Shown here in pieces: positions 26,841-41,013 of a stretch of 64,000 nt of DNA (position 1 is its first letter; every line of letters begins with the position of its first letter). The position numbers and the translations under genes were made by a program. The notes under the pieces are model-generated. The model did not search any database and was not told where the DNA came from. It saw only the letters and a program-made list of their open reading frames with translations. This stretch comes from Eledone cirrhosa (taxonomy: Eukaryota): NCBI GenBank assembly GCA_964016885.1, contig OZ024745.1:56916001-56980000 (forward strand), in the 5' to 3' direction.

Positions 26841-26947
26841 CAACATTATTTACAACATTGACATGTAGAGGTAGCTAAGTTTCCTCGGGTTGTTCACCCC
26901 AACTCATTTAGTCTGTCATATCAATGTGTGTGTGTGTGTGTGTGAGA

Positions 26948-27021
<74 letters not shown>

Positions 27022-27545
27022 AAGTGTGTGTATGTATGTGCTTGTGTGTATATGTAGAATGAGAGAAGACGTGGGATAGTGAGGGAGAGAGATTAGTGTC
27101 AATGTTACTTACTGAAATGAATTGTCATGCACTGCTTTTTATTCATGTTTCACGGAAGTAAGACTTGCAATTAAATACGTTGTACTCTTGATGTTAACCA
27201 CAACCAGACGAACCCGAATAACCAGATATGTTGTGGTTATTGTAGCAGTGGAGCTTGTGAATCATGCTGATCAGAATTCTTATGCAATGAGTTCATTTAT
27301 TTTAGTCCTTTGCTAAACTGCTGTGTAATTGCGAGATATCAGACACACCCTGAATATATTCATGGAACACCCAATCTATCTCCCTCAATATTTCTTTCTC
27401 AGATTACCTGCATTCCATTTCCTTCAAAGTTTCTCTTTCTCTCTCGCGCACGCACACACACACATACCCCCCCCCACACTCTCACACATATATATATATA
27501 TATATATACGCACACATATATATATATATATACACGTACACACAC

Positions 27546-27602
<57 letters not shown>

Positions 27603-28064
27603 GGAGGTGAGTTTTATTGTAGTACAATAAAGCAATGCAGATATCGGATAAGAAGCACTCTACAGTTTGTAGGACTGGAGTATACATAATATATAAGATC
27701 GAGATCTTGATTTAAAACTGCACTATCCACAAGTCTTTTTAACCTTCATATCATGTCTTCCTATTTTATCTGATGAAAACACAAATGTTATTGCATGATG
27801 ATATTTGTTTTTGAAATGCGCATAATAAAATACATGGAACTCTTTTAACCATCTTTTGATCTTATATATTATATATATATATATAGAGAGAGAGATTATA
27901 TATATGCATGTGAACATACATCTTTATGCATATCTGTGAACGAAGTTAATTACATATATACACACACTTAACTGTATAAACTTTTTGTATTTTCCTTGGT
28001 CAATTTGTATTCTGTTCCCAAACAGACCTGTAATTTTGAATTGTGTTATTATCAATAAATATAT

Positions 28065-28218
28065 TTCATTATTTCTGAAGACGGCATATATATGTGTTGG
28101 TATGTATATTTAATTTTGATAGTTTGTATAATTTTGTATAATTTTGTACATAGATCTGTTGAATATGCATGCCAATTCTAACACATATATATCCTAGAAA
28201 CGATCGTTAAATAATGAA
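28065..28218 (+). ncRNA. Type I hammerhead ribozyme motif with ~115-nt stem II
   Basis: 10-bp stem I TTCATTATTT/AAATAATGAA; CTGAAGA; stem II ATATATATGTGTT/AACACATATATAT; GAAAC-GATC-GTT; tail ends at (TA)n ~28279. Confidence 0.8.
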
Positions 28219-28272
28219 CTTTTTTTGTTTAATATAAGGAACTGTTTCATTGTTTTATTCATTATTTTTTTA

Positions 28273-28305
<33 letters not shown>

Positions 28306-28464
28306 GGCCGGTTGCATCCCTATGACACACTAACCATACAAGTGTTCGTCTACGTGGTTGCTTAGCAAGCACATATGTGACAAATTACACAACTGCAAGG
28401 TCACACACACGTTAACGTAAACACTTGCACACACATCTCTGAATATATATATATATATATATAT

Positions 28465-28567
28465 TCAGAGTTGTGTAATTTGCTCTACTGTTGTTATATG
28501 TTTGATATATATTTATCCTTATCGAGCCCTCTTTGGATTTTAGTCTTCAAAATGTATTATTATTACT
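28465..28567 (+). mobile_element. Family D terminus
   Basis: Reverse complement of 36538-36625; also 62701-62732. Confidence 0.7.
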
Positions 28568-28570
28568 ATA

Positions 28571-28627
<57 letters not shown>

Positions 28628-28663
28628 TGTGCATGTGTGAGTATATACACGTATATATATGTA

Positions 28664-28720
<57 letters not shown>

Positions 28721-29349
28721 GTACGTACGGAACCGGAACTATTGATCGAGTCGTTAGAGCGACTTTCTGACATAATCTTGCCCCTGGAGAATCCCATGTT
28801 ACACGAGTTCTTTCAGTGTAGGAGATAGATAGGTGAGAATGAGAGGTGAATAAACATATATAGAGGAATGATCGGACCCAGTCCTGGACTGGTACTTTAT
28901 TTATTGACACATGAATGGCTGAATGGCAGATTTGACATCGGCGCTCCCGGTATCATAGCACTTCCCCAAAAGATATATATTAAACACAGATTACAAGCGG
29001 CCCCCGATACCTTCACCTTTAATCTCATAAATGTAGACATCACCTGGTCTCACCTCTTGTGGTACTCACTGAAGGCAGGCTAGTTAATCGTTTTCTATCC
29101 CAGGCGGTTGTCAGGAAAGGGAAATAAGTTGCTTGAATAGAATTACCAACCGAACTCGCTTACCTCTCATATTTCATATGTGCGAGGTTGCTGAGTTTAC
29201 GAATAATATACTGCGTGGAATGTAACCATCACAGTAATTCCAACCAGCATGGTCGCAATGGATGTAAGGACTGTGTAACACGAATTCGTCACTTCCATAA
29301 GGGCATTTTAAAGCTTTGGGGGATGGCTCAAACATAGCATGTTCTTGAC

Positions 29350-30560
29350 GAAACTACACATCATTGAAGCCTGTGTAAATATTCACTTGAGTGTTTCTTC
29401 GTGAACAGAAACCAGGTTGTTTTGATCGAAAATGTACAATCAAGCTCCAGAAACATTATTAGCGGTGTCACGCAAGATTCTGTGTTAAGTCCACTCAACT
29501 CCATTATTTACATTAATGAATTGGCATTATCGGTAGAGAGTCGGACGCCATGCTTTCCAGCATAGAGTTACGCCCTTTATGGTCTGAGTTCAAATCCCGC
29601 CGAGGTTAACTTTGCCTTTCATCCTTACGGGGGTCAATAAAATAAAGTACCAGTAATACACTGGGATAATTGCTGGCCTTGTGCCAATAGTAGAAACAAT
29701 TATTTACATTAATGATATAGATGACATGAAGCTCAATAAACTAACATTCACCGCAGATATCACTAACCATCATAAATTAGTCAACATAACGGCATTAATA
29801 TACTGTTATCAAATAGGTAGAAAAATCATGCTAATAAATGAGGATATAACTGAGATTATTTACTTTGGAGTATAAGAAACGTTTAAATTACGATGATCTT
29901 CACTTTCATGTTATGCCCTCGTATCATCCAAAAATGTTAGAGACACAGGAGTAAATCTCGATAACAGTTTGAGTTGGAGTGCGTATATTCAATAAAGTTC
30001 AAATGGGCCGTTGGATGAGCTCCTGGCTTCTTTTTTAATTTTCTTCCCATCTAGTCTTACTCATAACATTATCTTTATTTCTTCTACATATGTACGGATC
30101 CACCACGAATAATGTTGTCCAATAGGGTATCCCCGCACGGAACAAAGCATTAAGGAAACGGAAGCAGTCAACAACTCAATTGCAAAACTGTAGATAGCGT
30201 GTCAAGCTTGATTAATGTGGTGAACTATAAAACTCTACTTTCACCAGAGCTAATGTGAGCGTTGCATAATACAAAATTGTATGATGTAAAATTATATTCT
30301 ATAAATATTTACCAACTGATGTTCGCATCAATTTAAATTCCTCCAAGACGTGTTCCCCTCTGTAGAAGATTTACCTCACATCACTCAACAATATTACATA
30401 ATAACTGTTTCATCTCAATAGCCTTGCTCCCTTTAATATCATACCAAAATGCATAAAAACAGGGAAAGATGATATAACTGTCAAAATATCCCTAGACAAA
30501 TTTATTCAAGTACTTTCAACTGAAACACATACATCCATATATACATCTACTAACAACAAC
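29350..30560 (+). pseudogene. Decayed CR1/L2-group LINE reverse transcriptase, interrupted by a SINE
   Basis: FFVNRNQVVLIENVQSSSRNIISGVTQDSVLSPL..IYIN|DI..FTADIT; VRDTGVNLDNSLSWSAYI; C-terminal KISLDKFIQ. Confidence 0.8.
29520..29703 (+). mobile_element. tRNA-derived SINE with target-site duplication
   Basis: B-box GAGTTCAAATCCC; core GCCTTTCATCCTTACGGGGGTCAATAAAATAAAGTACCAG (Meta-domain-like); duplication ATTATTTACATTAATGA at 29503-29519 and 29699-29715. Confidence 0.9.
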
Positions 30561-30578
30561 AGACACATACACCCACAC

Positions 30579-30640
<62 letters not shown>

Positions 30641-30790
30641 GGGGAGAGATAGTGAGAGAGAATAGAAATGGCTGTGTTGTTGCTATTTAAGGTAACTTAA
30701 AATGCAGTGGGAATACGAAGAAAGCAAGAACGGGGGGGAGGGTTCATCATCAGTTGTCTACTGGGGATCTCGGATATTTCTATGCTTTAA

Positions 30791-30826
<36 letters not shown>

Positions 30827-31744
30827 ATGTGCGTGTGTGCGTGTGTGCGTTTGATAATGTGTATATGCATGATATTACTATATTTCATCAAATACACAAT
30901 TCATATGAATCACTAACCCACACAGACATGAAAACATACACTTACTCTCATACACAAAGGTTATGTGAATTATTTTAACATGATTGAGAAAATCTTCTTG
31001 ATTTTACACACTAGAGTTTTTATAAGTATACTATGATTTACAACTCGTAAATGTTTTCCAATTTATGTAACAATGACGTCACTCAGACATACTATAACTT
31101 CTGTTACTGATTATCGTAATAATAATACAATTTGAATACAACTTTACTATTTCAAGCAGGTCCAACCATTCGCCAGCTGTGCAAATATTAATAAACTTTC
31201 AAATCGACCTGCCTGAATCATCAGACCTCTCTAAGTTGTTAAGGAAAACTAACACGTTCTCACTTTTTAAACAGTTTTAATTTAATAATTTCCAACACTG
31301 ATCATCAATATTTGCTCCAGTTTCTACTGTTTTATTTTGATATTTTCCTTTCCTATCCTGAAACACTATTCTGTCTTTCTTTCTTCCATCCAGAGCTTCC
31401 ATTCAAAAACTTTCATTTTCTCTTTAGCCAACGGTGTCTCATAACAAATAGCCTCAGGTCGCAGATGTTAAATATACGCAATATCACATAAACCTCGGAA
31501 TCATTGGTACAAAAATAACATGGTCATGACTAAAACGCTTTTGATGAGAGTTCTACACAAATAGGGGTGATATAATATTAAACAACAATACTTGTTTTTG
31601 ATTTCCAGTATAATTCTAGCACGAAACGAGAGCAGTATTCGAAAGGACTATAAATGCCAAAAATGAGAGGAAAATAAGAGGAATAGCAAGGACTAGGGAA
31701 CAAAGAAGGAACGAAAGTGGGAAGGTGACAAATTCTACATTTAT

Positions 31745-31910
31745 GAGCCCCGTGGACAATGGCCTGCAGCTACCCCATTTCGAGGGGCTGCCTCCTCAGA
31801 TGGGTTGTTAACGATCTAATTTTATGGAGGCGCTCAGCTGTCCGGGATCCCAGGACGCCTGGGGTCTCAACGGCGATCCGTGCAAAGAGGAAGCTGACGG
31901 ACAAGTTCCG
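31745..31910 (+). mobile_element. GC-rich structured segment, possibly an RTE 5' UTR remnant
   Basis: Hairpin CCCAGGACGCCTGGG; GGGTTGTTAACGATCTAA resembles GGGTCGTTGGCGACTAA at the 5' end of the 25.9-kb element. Confidence 0.3.
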
Positions 31911-33302
31911 ATAATCACTTGAACATTCTAGTACTGCTATTGGTTATCATTAGATTCTAAAATAATGTAAAGCCAATTTTAAACTTTATATAATTTCTTA
32001 AATTCAAATATTCATTAGACGTCTCCAACATAACATGAACAATCTTTTATTAATGGGTCCATCGAGCCTAATGGGCGAAGCTAAGCCTATTGACGACTGG
32101 AGAACTGAAGTGAAATGCTTGATGGAATAAAACATATTCAGCAGGAATTTAATAACATTACATTCATTATGTCCGAATCCCTAATCAACGTTTCATTTAC
32201 TAAAAGTAGCCCCGAAATTTCATCGTATTAAATTATTAAAAACATTAACCTGTAAAAATAATATGGCTTTAAGAACGGTAATATCACTAAGGTGGTAGCT
32301 CTGAGTATTTCAGTTCTGTCAACTTTGAGATGTTGCTTGAAAATAACTACATCTAATATGACTAGAATTAAGACTAGCGAAAGAATTAATTTCTAATGTA
32401 TCGGCCCACAAAACATAGTAGCCAGACCGTCTTTGAAATCAATATCAACTCCTAAATTGCCAGCATATCCTTCAAAACAAATCTACTAAGTATATTATTC
32501 TTTTGCTCTACCTTTCAGATGCAGATTCCTCTATATTCGATTTCGGAATCATAAATCAGCTTATGAAATTAACACAGGTCACCTACTTCATGAATCTATA
32601 GTTACTGACAATCAGAAGCAATAAATGAATAAAAGTGGAAAAAAAAAAAAATCAAAATCCCTGCCGCTTATTCCTTATCAAATATCATATATTGCTAGAA
32701 TATTAAGGAAATTGCTACTTGACATATAATTATTGAAAGGAAACCCTGTTAGTCAACTATTACGATATTTGTAGATTGAGATATGGAAGAGTAAATAAAG
32801 GTTGGGTTTAATTATCATTTAAAAGGAATGTTTCCTTTATTATGCGGAAAACACACATGATTACACATAACAACACAGACGCATAAAAGCAAGCGCGCAA
32901 GCACACCAGGACTTATATCCGAAACGTTGAAACTTCCTCCACTTCCACCAAACGTGAACCTGATATAACTGTGTAAAATTGGCTCCTGTGTTTTGTTTGT
33001 TTCATGTGTGTGTTTGGGGTGGGGGGTATGCGTGTGTGTGTGTGGGGGTGGGTGTTTGGCATATAAACCTGGGTGTAGGACATGTATAGCTGTACATTTC
33101 CTTCGTAAACTAAGAAACAAAAATAGCTGGAAGTTGGTAAATTACTTACTGCAAAAGCCTTTACACAGCATACACATACACACACACCGAGATATATTCA
33201 TACCATTGTAAAATACAAAATATATTTACATAAACACACACATACAGTACCAGTAGCGTACTGTGAAAATTGCTGACCTTGTGCCAAACAATTATTATTA
33301 TT

Positions 33303-33305
33303 ATT

Positions 33306-33352
<47 letters not shown>

Positions 33353-33416
33353 GGTGGTGATGGTGGTGGTGGTGGTGGTGGTGGTGGTGCTAGCAGCAAC
33401 AGCAGCAGCAGTAGCA

Positions 33417-33447
<31 letters not shown>

Positions 33448-33451
33448 TAGC

Positions 33452-33482
<31 letters not shown>
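33303..33482. repeat. Compound (TAG)n-(GGT)n-(CAG)n-(TAG)n microsatellite after a SINE 3' stub (33245-33300)
   Basis: Direct reading. Confidence 0.9.
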
Positions 33483-34379
33483 ATGTAAGAGCGTGCCCGT
33501 TAAATGACATTTGATATAAAGTACTGGTTTAAATCAAGTTTGTTTCCTTCCGTTAGTGGTTTTTACTTTGCTTTTTTTTTAGCTCTTGAAAGTAATATTT
33601 TTAGACACAAGTTGTGTATCTAATATGCCACCGTCAGAAACAGGCCAAATGAATGTTTAACCGAATAATAATTAAAACAGCCATGAAAAATCATAGTTAC
33701 ATAAGAGTATAAAGAATACAAAACACGTACATAACAAAATAGAAAGTTTATGGTTAAAGTTTGTTCGATTGACTAGATAGGAATACTAGCTGCCACCTGC
33801 CTGTCATACCACACCCTTTTATATTAACACAGGAACATTTTATTGACTGATATAATTCCAGGTACATTCTGTCTGAGAAACAAAAATACTAGGTATGTTT
33901 GATTATTGCCTACCTGGGATTAAACGACAACAAATCTAAAAGTTTATTTCATTTACAATATCATGTTGCCATTTAATATCACATTATGACATAAATATCA
34001 TTTATTTTCGCGTGTTAACAACTGTTCTCTACGACCTACAAATCTATAAATTACTACTAGACATGCTTAGATTTATCAAACGCAAATAACTTCGATCAAA
34101 ACAACTTTGATTTATAAATTTGGTGGACTTCCCTGTAGCCACGTACCATTAATAATATATATTAATAAATGAATTAAGTGTCATAAAATTGCATGTCTGT
34201 TAAGTGTGCTATCTACAAGCAATGTCTGCATGAATATTCTGCATCTTTGATACGGAAGCTATTAAAAGATTCAGATTTGTCAGATCTCCACATGTTATTT
34301 TTGGGGTTTAGAGCGTACATATAATCTTTTTTTCATTTCTAGTGTGTCCCAGAGCACATCATTCTCTGATATCAGAGTA

Positions 34380-34830
34380 TGATGTGCAGCAATCAGACTG
34401 ATATATCTTGGATGTAGAGTAATTACAAAAATCCAGACAGTACGTCCGGTCCTTGGAATTCAGAAACTCTTTCCTCTACAATACCTCAGTCCCATGTTGT
34501 TGCAAATATGCTGATAAACACTGAAGCCCCGTCATTTACCTCCACTCTTATGAAGTCTCCTTACAGATGTGTTTTGACGACATTTTATTTTCCATTGATT
34601 GATCTACTGACATCAAAGGTAAAACCCACTCTTTATCTATTCATTTCCAATCCATATTTTCCCTTCTCCCTCGAACTTGTCCATAGCTACTGTTTCAGAG
34701 TATGTTCAGCATTCTTTATTTTTCAAAATCGGTTGCTTTCTTTTCCAGAACCATTAGATTGTCCATCAAATCCTGCTGAACACAGGACAGATATCGTTGT
34801 CCTCGATACTGTATGCAACAGAAAGTGACC
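34380..34830 (-). pseudogene. Possible highly decayed LINE AP-endonuclease segment
   Basis: Minus fragments IRVEVNDGASVFISIFATT and VEERVSEF loosely match RI...IISVYAPT...EEKE.F. Confidence 0.3.
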
Positions 34831-36493
34831 TCTATACGCAGATCAATTACACATTCAAAGGAGCAGTTATCGTATGACGTTTAAGTGAAGACATATGCAT
34901 ACTAATACTAATGAGTCAACTTTTCCATGCCGAAGAATCATATGCACGCACATACATGGACAGGCACACATAAGCACACACACACTCACAGACTCACTAT
35001 GCGAGTATAGTTTTAAATTTAGACTCCATCGGTGTCTTATCATTCAAAGGAAATCTGAATGGACTTATTACTTTGATAACGTACATGTGTAGTCTAGATC
35101 ACAGGGAAAATGGTGATGTCTGCGTTCTTATTCCGATCACTACTTGAAGGGAATTTGTGGGAAATATTTCCTATTACGCTTGAAACAACAACATCAACAG
35201 GAAGACACGGAAAAGCTTTACCCTTTCTCAATAAATCTGCTAATATTGATGATTACATGTAATAATATATACTATTTAGTTTAAATTACTAATATATTCC
35301 TTGCAGTTGAGAAATAATGTTAACTGATTTCGCCTTGAGTCTTACGTTTCCATGTTTCTGTACTCATAAGATATGCAACGTACAATCTGAAGGTAAAACA
35401 GGAAAGCCTTGCGCTTACTTAAGCATGATTGGCATTTTCTAAGATTATATTTAAACCCGTATAAAAGTAGTAAATTATAAATAATATTATTAAACCACAT
35501 ACCACGATATTTCATATTCATATATTTTTCATTAACATATCTTGTTTTAGATAGGGCTTATTTGCGGTATTTTATAAAAACGATAAGACCGGATAAAAAC
35601 GAGCAGTTTTTTACATTCACTATTTTAAATTTAATAAAATATCCTCCTTTTTTTAGAGATTAGAAAAACTCGGCTACTATCGATGTGGTTTCATACATAA
35701 CTGAGAAATATATTAATAGTATGTGAGCGATATATACAAAAAAATATAATATACTCACACTTATTCATATATATCGGCATGCATACGCGATAATATAGAC
35801 ATAAGAAAATACATAAATATGCATAGGTTCTTGGCCAATGCCAAATTATAACGTGGATAACATCTCTGAATAGAGTCTGTGTTTGCAACAGTAAACATAT
35901 ACAAGATTATTTTAAAGTTCAGTGTGTGACAGTTTCTAAACGTCAATTGTTTTCTAAATACCAAAGAGAGAAGCTTCTTCCGTTTGAGACCAGTTCAAAA
36001 TATAAAGACTGCAATAAATTTTAATAACAAAGGCTTATTTATAAATGTGTATGTGTGTTTCTGTCTGAGAGTCCGCGTATACGGGTGAGGGAATGTATGT
36101 ATGTACGTAAGTATGTATGTATGTATGTATGTATGTATTTATAGATGTATGTATATACGTATGCAGGTATGTATATATGTGCTTTTCCTCGATGAAAGGG
36201 GAAGGGTGCAACTAGCAGTTCTGAACGTTCATTTTAAATCGGTCATTTGAAAGGATGGCTAGAGACCATTATACTAATAACAAACTGTAAGACATTTCTT
36301 GGAAAGCACGTAATATAATTTACTGATGAGAAACCATTTGTTAAACAAACAGTTGGCCTTTCCCTACAAAGTTGTCTAGGTGGCTACGGGTGTGCCTTTG
36401 ATAATAGAGCAGCACTGCACTACCATTGTTTATGTGGGCAGACTGATGGGATATTTGCACACGAAATGTGAGCTCATGTATTTCACACACATA

Positions 36494-36537
<44 letters not shown>

Positions 36538-36540
<3 letters not shown>

Positions 36541-36753
36541 ATAATAATAAATTTGAAGACTAAAATCCAAAGAGGGCTCGATAAGGATAAATATAAATCA
36601 AATATATAAGAACCGTAGAGCAAATATTTATTAAAATAACAGATTAAAGTTTAAGCAAAGAATCGGTGCTTTCACCCTTAACGGTTAGTTTCAGAAGATC
36701 CCGTTAAGGGTAAAAGCAGCGATTCTTTGCTTAAACTTTAATCTGCTATTTTA

Positions 36754-36761
<8 letters not shown>
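36538..36761 (-). mobile_element. Family D fold-back in (TA)n, ~61-bp arms (36624-36684 / 36701-36761)
   Basis: Loop contains GTTTC; minus strand reads GAAAC-TAACC-GTT-AAGGG (hammerhead 3' half). Confidence 0.75.
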
Positions 36762-36851
<90 letters not shown>

Positions 36852-38093
36852 GTATATATATGCAAAAGGCAAACCTAGATATCAAAGCAGTACAATGAAG
36901 AAACATTTTTGTTTTAGGATTCATATAGTAGAAAAACCCTAAAGTTTAGCACGCTAGTCCTTCACCAGAATATAAAAAGGAGAAATAACAAAAATACAAA
37001 GATAGATGGGAGGGAGTAGTGGCTGGAATGATAAAAATTATTCAAGAAAAAGAAGTCTATTTAAAAAGACTATATTAAAAAATTGTTGAATCTGAGGTTA
37101 GTGTATATGAAAATTAGTCTTGCTTGAAACGGCTGTGATGAAAGCCTACAAACACTGGCGTCACACCGACCAACAAATATAAAGAAATATAGACTTCTTA
37201 TATATGTGTTTGTAATTTGGTCATCTCTGTCTCTGGCAGAAAATTTGTTTCATTTTTATGCGGAAATGAATCAATGGTTTAGGTTTCACGCTACGTTACT
37301 GGCAATCAATTTTTCTCCTGGAAGTCATTGATCTTTGGATAAAACAGTGTAGATGTACCAAGTCTAAGTACGTTGTTTGCAGCTGAATGTATAGCATACT
37401 CGTCACTAGCATCTAGGAGATGAAAAAATATTGCTCTGATAGAAACGAAAATATATACTTATATAAATATATATGTGTGTGGCGGGCTATTCATGGTTGT
37501 GTATGAGATTATGATTTGATTTTTAATACAAACTCAGACGTGTACATTGCTGTTTAAAGTGCGTAAATTAGATTAATTTCATGTACAATTAACTATTCAA
37601 ACAAGATCCAGGTACAGAAGCGCAAGACGTATAACCAGTGAGGCTATTGTTCTCAAAATGTAAATAAATATATAAGGTATATAAAATAGTCGTATCTCCT
37701 TTCTCTATTTTTAGATTTACATGTCCTACTGGGAGATACAATATTATTTTATAGCCCGCTTATATTACCAAATGCAAGAAATTGTAATCATGAGATTGCG
37801 GGTTGATTGAGGCACAATTGTATATGAATGAGTGCTTAATCTTAACCTTAACTGAACTCACACATAATCGAATGCAAACATTGAAGGATTCGTAACCAAA
37901 TTTCATATTTCTGAGTTCGTGGGAAATCAGCCTGCACACAAACGTGTGAACATATTTGCAGTTATTAGAACTAAGGCATTGGACATGCTTGTGTGTAGGC
38001 AAATGTATTAAATTTGTGTGTCTATGTAATTTTTTTTAATGTTTAATTGCTTATTAGAAAAGCAAATATTGATTATTCAGGTAGAAAGAAGGG

Positions 38094-38225
<132 letters not shown>

Positions 38226-38959
38226 GATATGTGTTTGTGATTGTATGTGGATTTGAGGAAATACATGAACAGATGTGTGCGAAATTAAAGATCTCTTCTT
38301 TAACTCGCGGCATGTTAGAAAAAGAAATAACCACCATTTTAATTATTTTTAGATTTTTTTATGAATATCCTCATTATTTTGACAGTCAAATCCCTGATGT
38401 TTGAGTTTGCATTTGCTTGGATCATAATGTTGTTTCACATATTATCCGATAAGTTCTATTTTTCAAGTTTCATCGGGAAACTGCACACACATGGTCATAC
38501 ACACATTGACACACACCTGTTCGAACTAAACAAACACACACACAAATACACTCTCACAGACATACACACATATTCTATTCGTCTGCTTCGCTCCTTGTTA
38601 TTTCTCTCACAGAAACACACACACTCTTTTTTCTCTCTCTCACACAAAGTATAAATAGAGGTATAAATAGAGGTAAAGATTAATCGTAGGTGGCAAATGA
38701 TTTCCCATCATTCATAAATACAAAAACAATTATCAGACACTTCATTCTATAGAAATACGGAAACATTGCTCAACATACACAGTATCTACTCCAAAATCAA
38801 CACATGAATACAATCACGAACGGATACATGGGATCATATGTAAGAGGAGGGTAATATGCCAAACTAAATACATCTAATTTTCTACATGATGATTTCTTTT
38901 GTATGAAACACTTCTATTCCTATAGAAGCGATTTTTATATTAATCTTTATGTTTACATT

Positions 38960-39019
38960 CTACTAGTGTATTTAGTACCTTACTAACTGTGGTTACCTCC
39001 GATTGAACCCCTGACATAC

Positions 39020-39020
<1 letters not shown>
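38960..39020 (+). mobile_element. Family C terminal remnant
   Basis: GTACCTTACTAACTGTGGTTACCTCCGATTGAACCC. Confidence 0.7.
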
Positions 39021-39105
<85 letters not shown>

Positions 39106-39111
<6 letters not shown>

Positions 39112-39450
39112 ATTCTTTAGGAGGGTCATGCTGTAATAAAAACACACGCAGCTGTTAGTTTTCACTTCAATTTATTATAAGTTTCCGGTAGGTTGTTTGT
39201 TTGGTTCGATAACCGGATGGTTATTTATATATTGTTCTCCACCATCTTGGTGTAGGACAAAACAAAGAGGGATACAAATAAGAACCCAGTAATTCTGGAG
39301 GCCACAGAATGTGTGACGAAAGTTATTTGACAATATATAAACAACCGTTCGGTTATCGAAATAACGAACCAACCGGAAATTTATAATAAATTGTAGTGGA
39401 ATCAACAGGTGAATGTGTTTTTATTGGCAGCATGAGCCTACCAATATATG

Positions 39451-39456
<6 letters not shown>
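39106..39456. mobile_element. Old diverged fold-back in (TA)n, arms ~39106-39236 / 39330-39456
   Basis: Inverted arms with many mismatches; terminus resembles family B. Confidence 0.65.
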
Positions 39457-39490
<34 letters not shown>

Positions 39491-39501
<11 letters not shown>

Positions 39502-39612
39502 ACCGTGATAGTGTATGTGTTTTCTGCCACAACATCTATTATGCACATATTGAATATTACAAATATAAGGAGGATGCATACACACGCACACATACATGCT
39601 CATATATGTATT

Positions 39613-39672
<60 letters not shown>

Positions 39673-39758
39673 CATCCTCCTTATATTTGTAATATTCAAT
39701 ATGTGCATAATAGATGTTGTGGCAGAAAACACATACACTATCACGGTACACACACACA
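39491..39758. repeat. Perfect 92-bp inverted repeat (39491-39582 / 39667-39758) around a (TA)n-containing spacer
   Basis: Direct reading; no hammerhead or family match. Confidence 0.9.
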
Positions 39759-41013
39759 CATCCACTACATATATGCCTATATACACAGTAATCTAACAAT
39801 AGAATATCACTATATAGTTAAACATGCAATGAAGTGAGAAGAATAGTTTTGTTTGATATTTTCTTTATATATTTTTTCAAATTAGTCACGCTCCACAGCA
39901 GATTATCGATTGTTATTTCATGCCTGTTATTGGCACTACCATAACCAGCAGCATAAAGATCAATAACGACACCGACAGCTACCAACGCTTCTAATTTCCA
40001 TGGTATTTTCTACTGTTAATCCTCTATTTATATTTATAATACAAGTCAATAAATGCGTTGGATGTGTTTGCTGGGACTGCTAAAGTTAAAAGCTAAATCT
40101 TTGGCAAGCCAGATTCTACCGTCTTAGAAAAGAACACTACAGCACGTCATTGTCTTCAAAGTCAGGATGATTCGGTGAAAATGCCTTTTATGTTTGCTTT
40201 GCTTAATTTAGGTTGATCTTTGGTCAATCAAGAAGAATAACGAAAACGATACTAAAGCCAAGAAAGGGGACGCTAGTCCTTTATATAAACAGCGAAAATT
40301 AACAACCAAATATACCTTAAATCCCTCCAAACGGTGATTTCAATAAGGGAAACTCATTAAATAAAATATTAAGATGACCTTAAACAGAGAAATTAGTTAC
40401 GGTTGAAATGATTTTGATTATGGTTTTGCATGGTTAGATGTGACATGGATCTAAATGGAATCAAACTAAAATAAAATCATCATCAATTAAAACAAGAGCA
40501 TAAACTACAACGAATCATCGCAAGCGTGTTTCCGTGGCTGTTCGAGTTGTTGCACGCAGTACTCATTAAAATCAAACTCTACCATCTTATTTCCCTGACA
40601 AACCATTCATTACTACTGAAAAGGATAATAATAAAGACATCGTGGAAACAGGAGGAACATATTTGATTATGTTATCGTTCAAGCAAGCTAGAATTGCATT
40701 AAACGAGAACAATGGCAACTATAGAAAACCAATTAAGCTGTAGTGGCTCGTTAATCTACACATAACACCAAAGCTTCACATAAACTACACATTTGTGTCT
40801 CAATATAGGGTGGCATTGTATCCTATGGTCCGAGGTGCTGGATATTTTCAGAAAATGTTTGCAAATCACAGCTCGAATGCCTTTTCTGGTAGATCTAAAC
40901 TTTCAGGTCCGACCTAACCAGAGTCGACAACAACAGTCAAATCTGGAGTCGAATATTTAGTCAGACAGGGCTGACATACTTAATGTAACGTGGTCTCTAA
41001 ATGTTATGATAAA

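Noticed and set aside
36932-36970. Hammerhead-like CTGGTGA-AGGAC..GTGCT-AAAC on minus
   Set aside because: Several core mutations; possible relic only.
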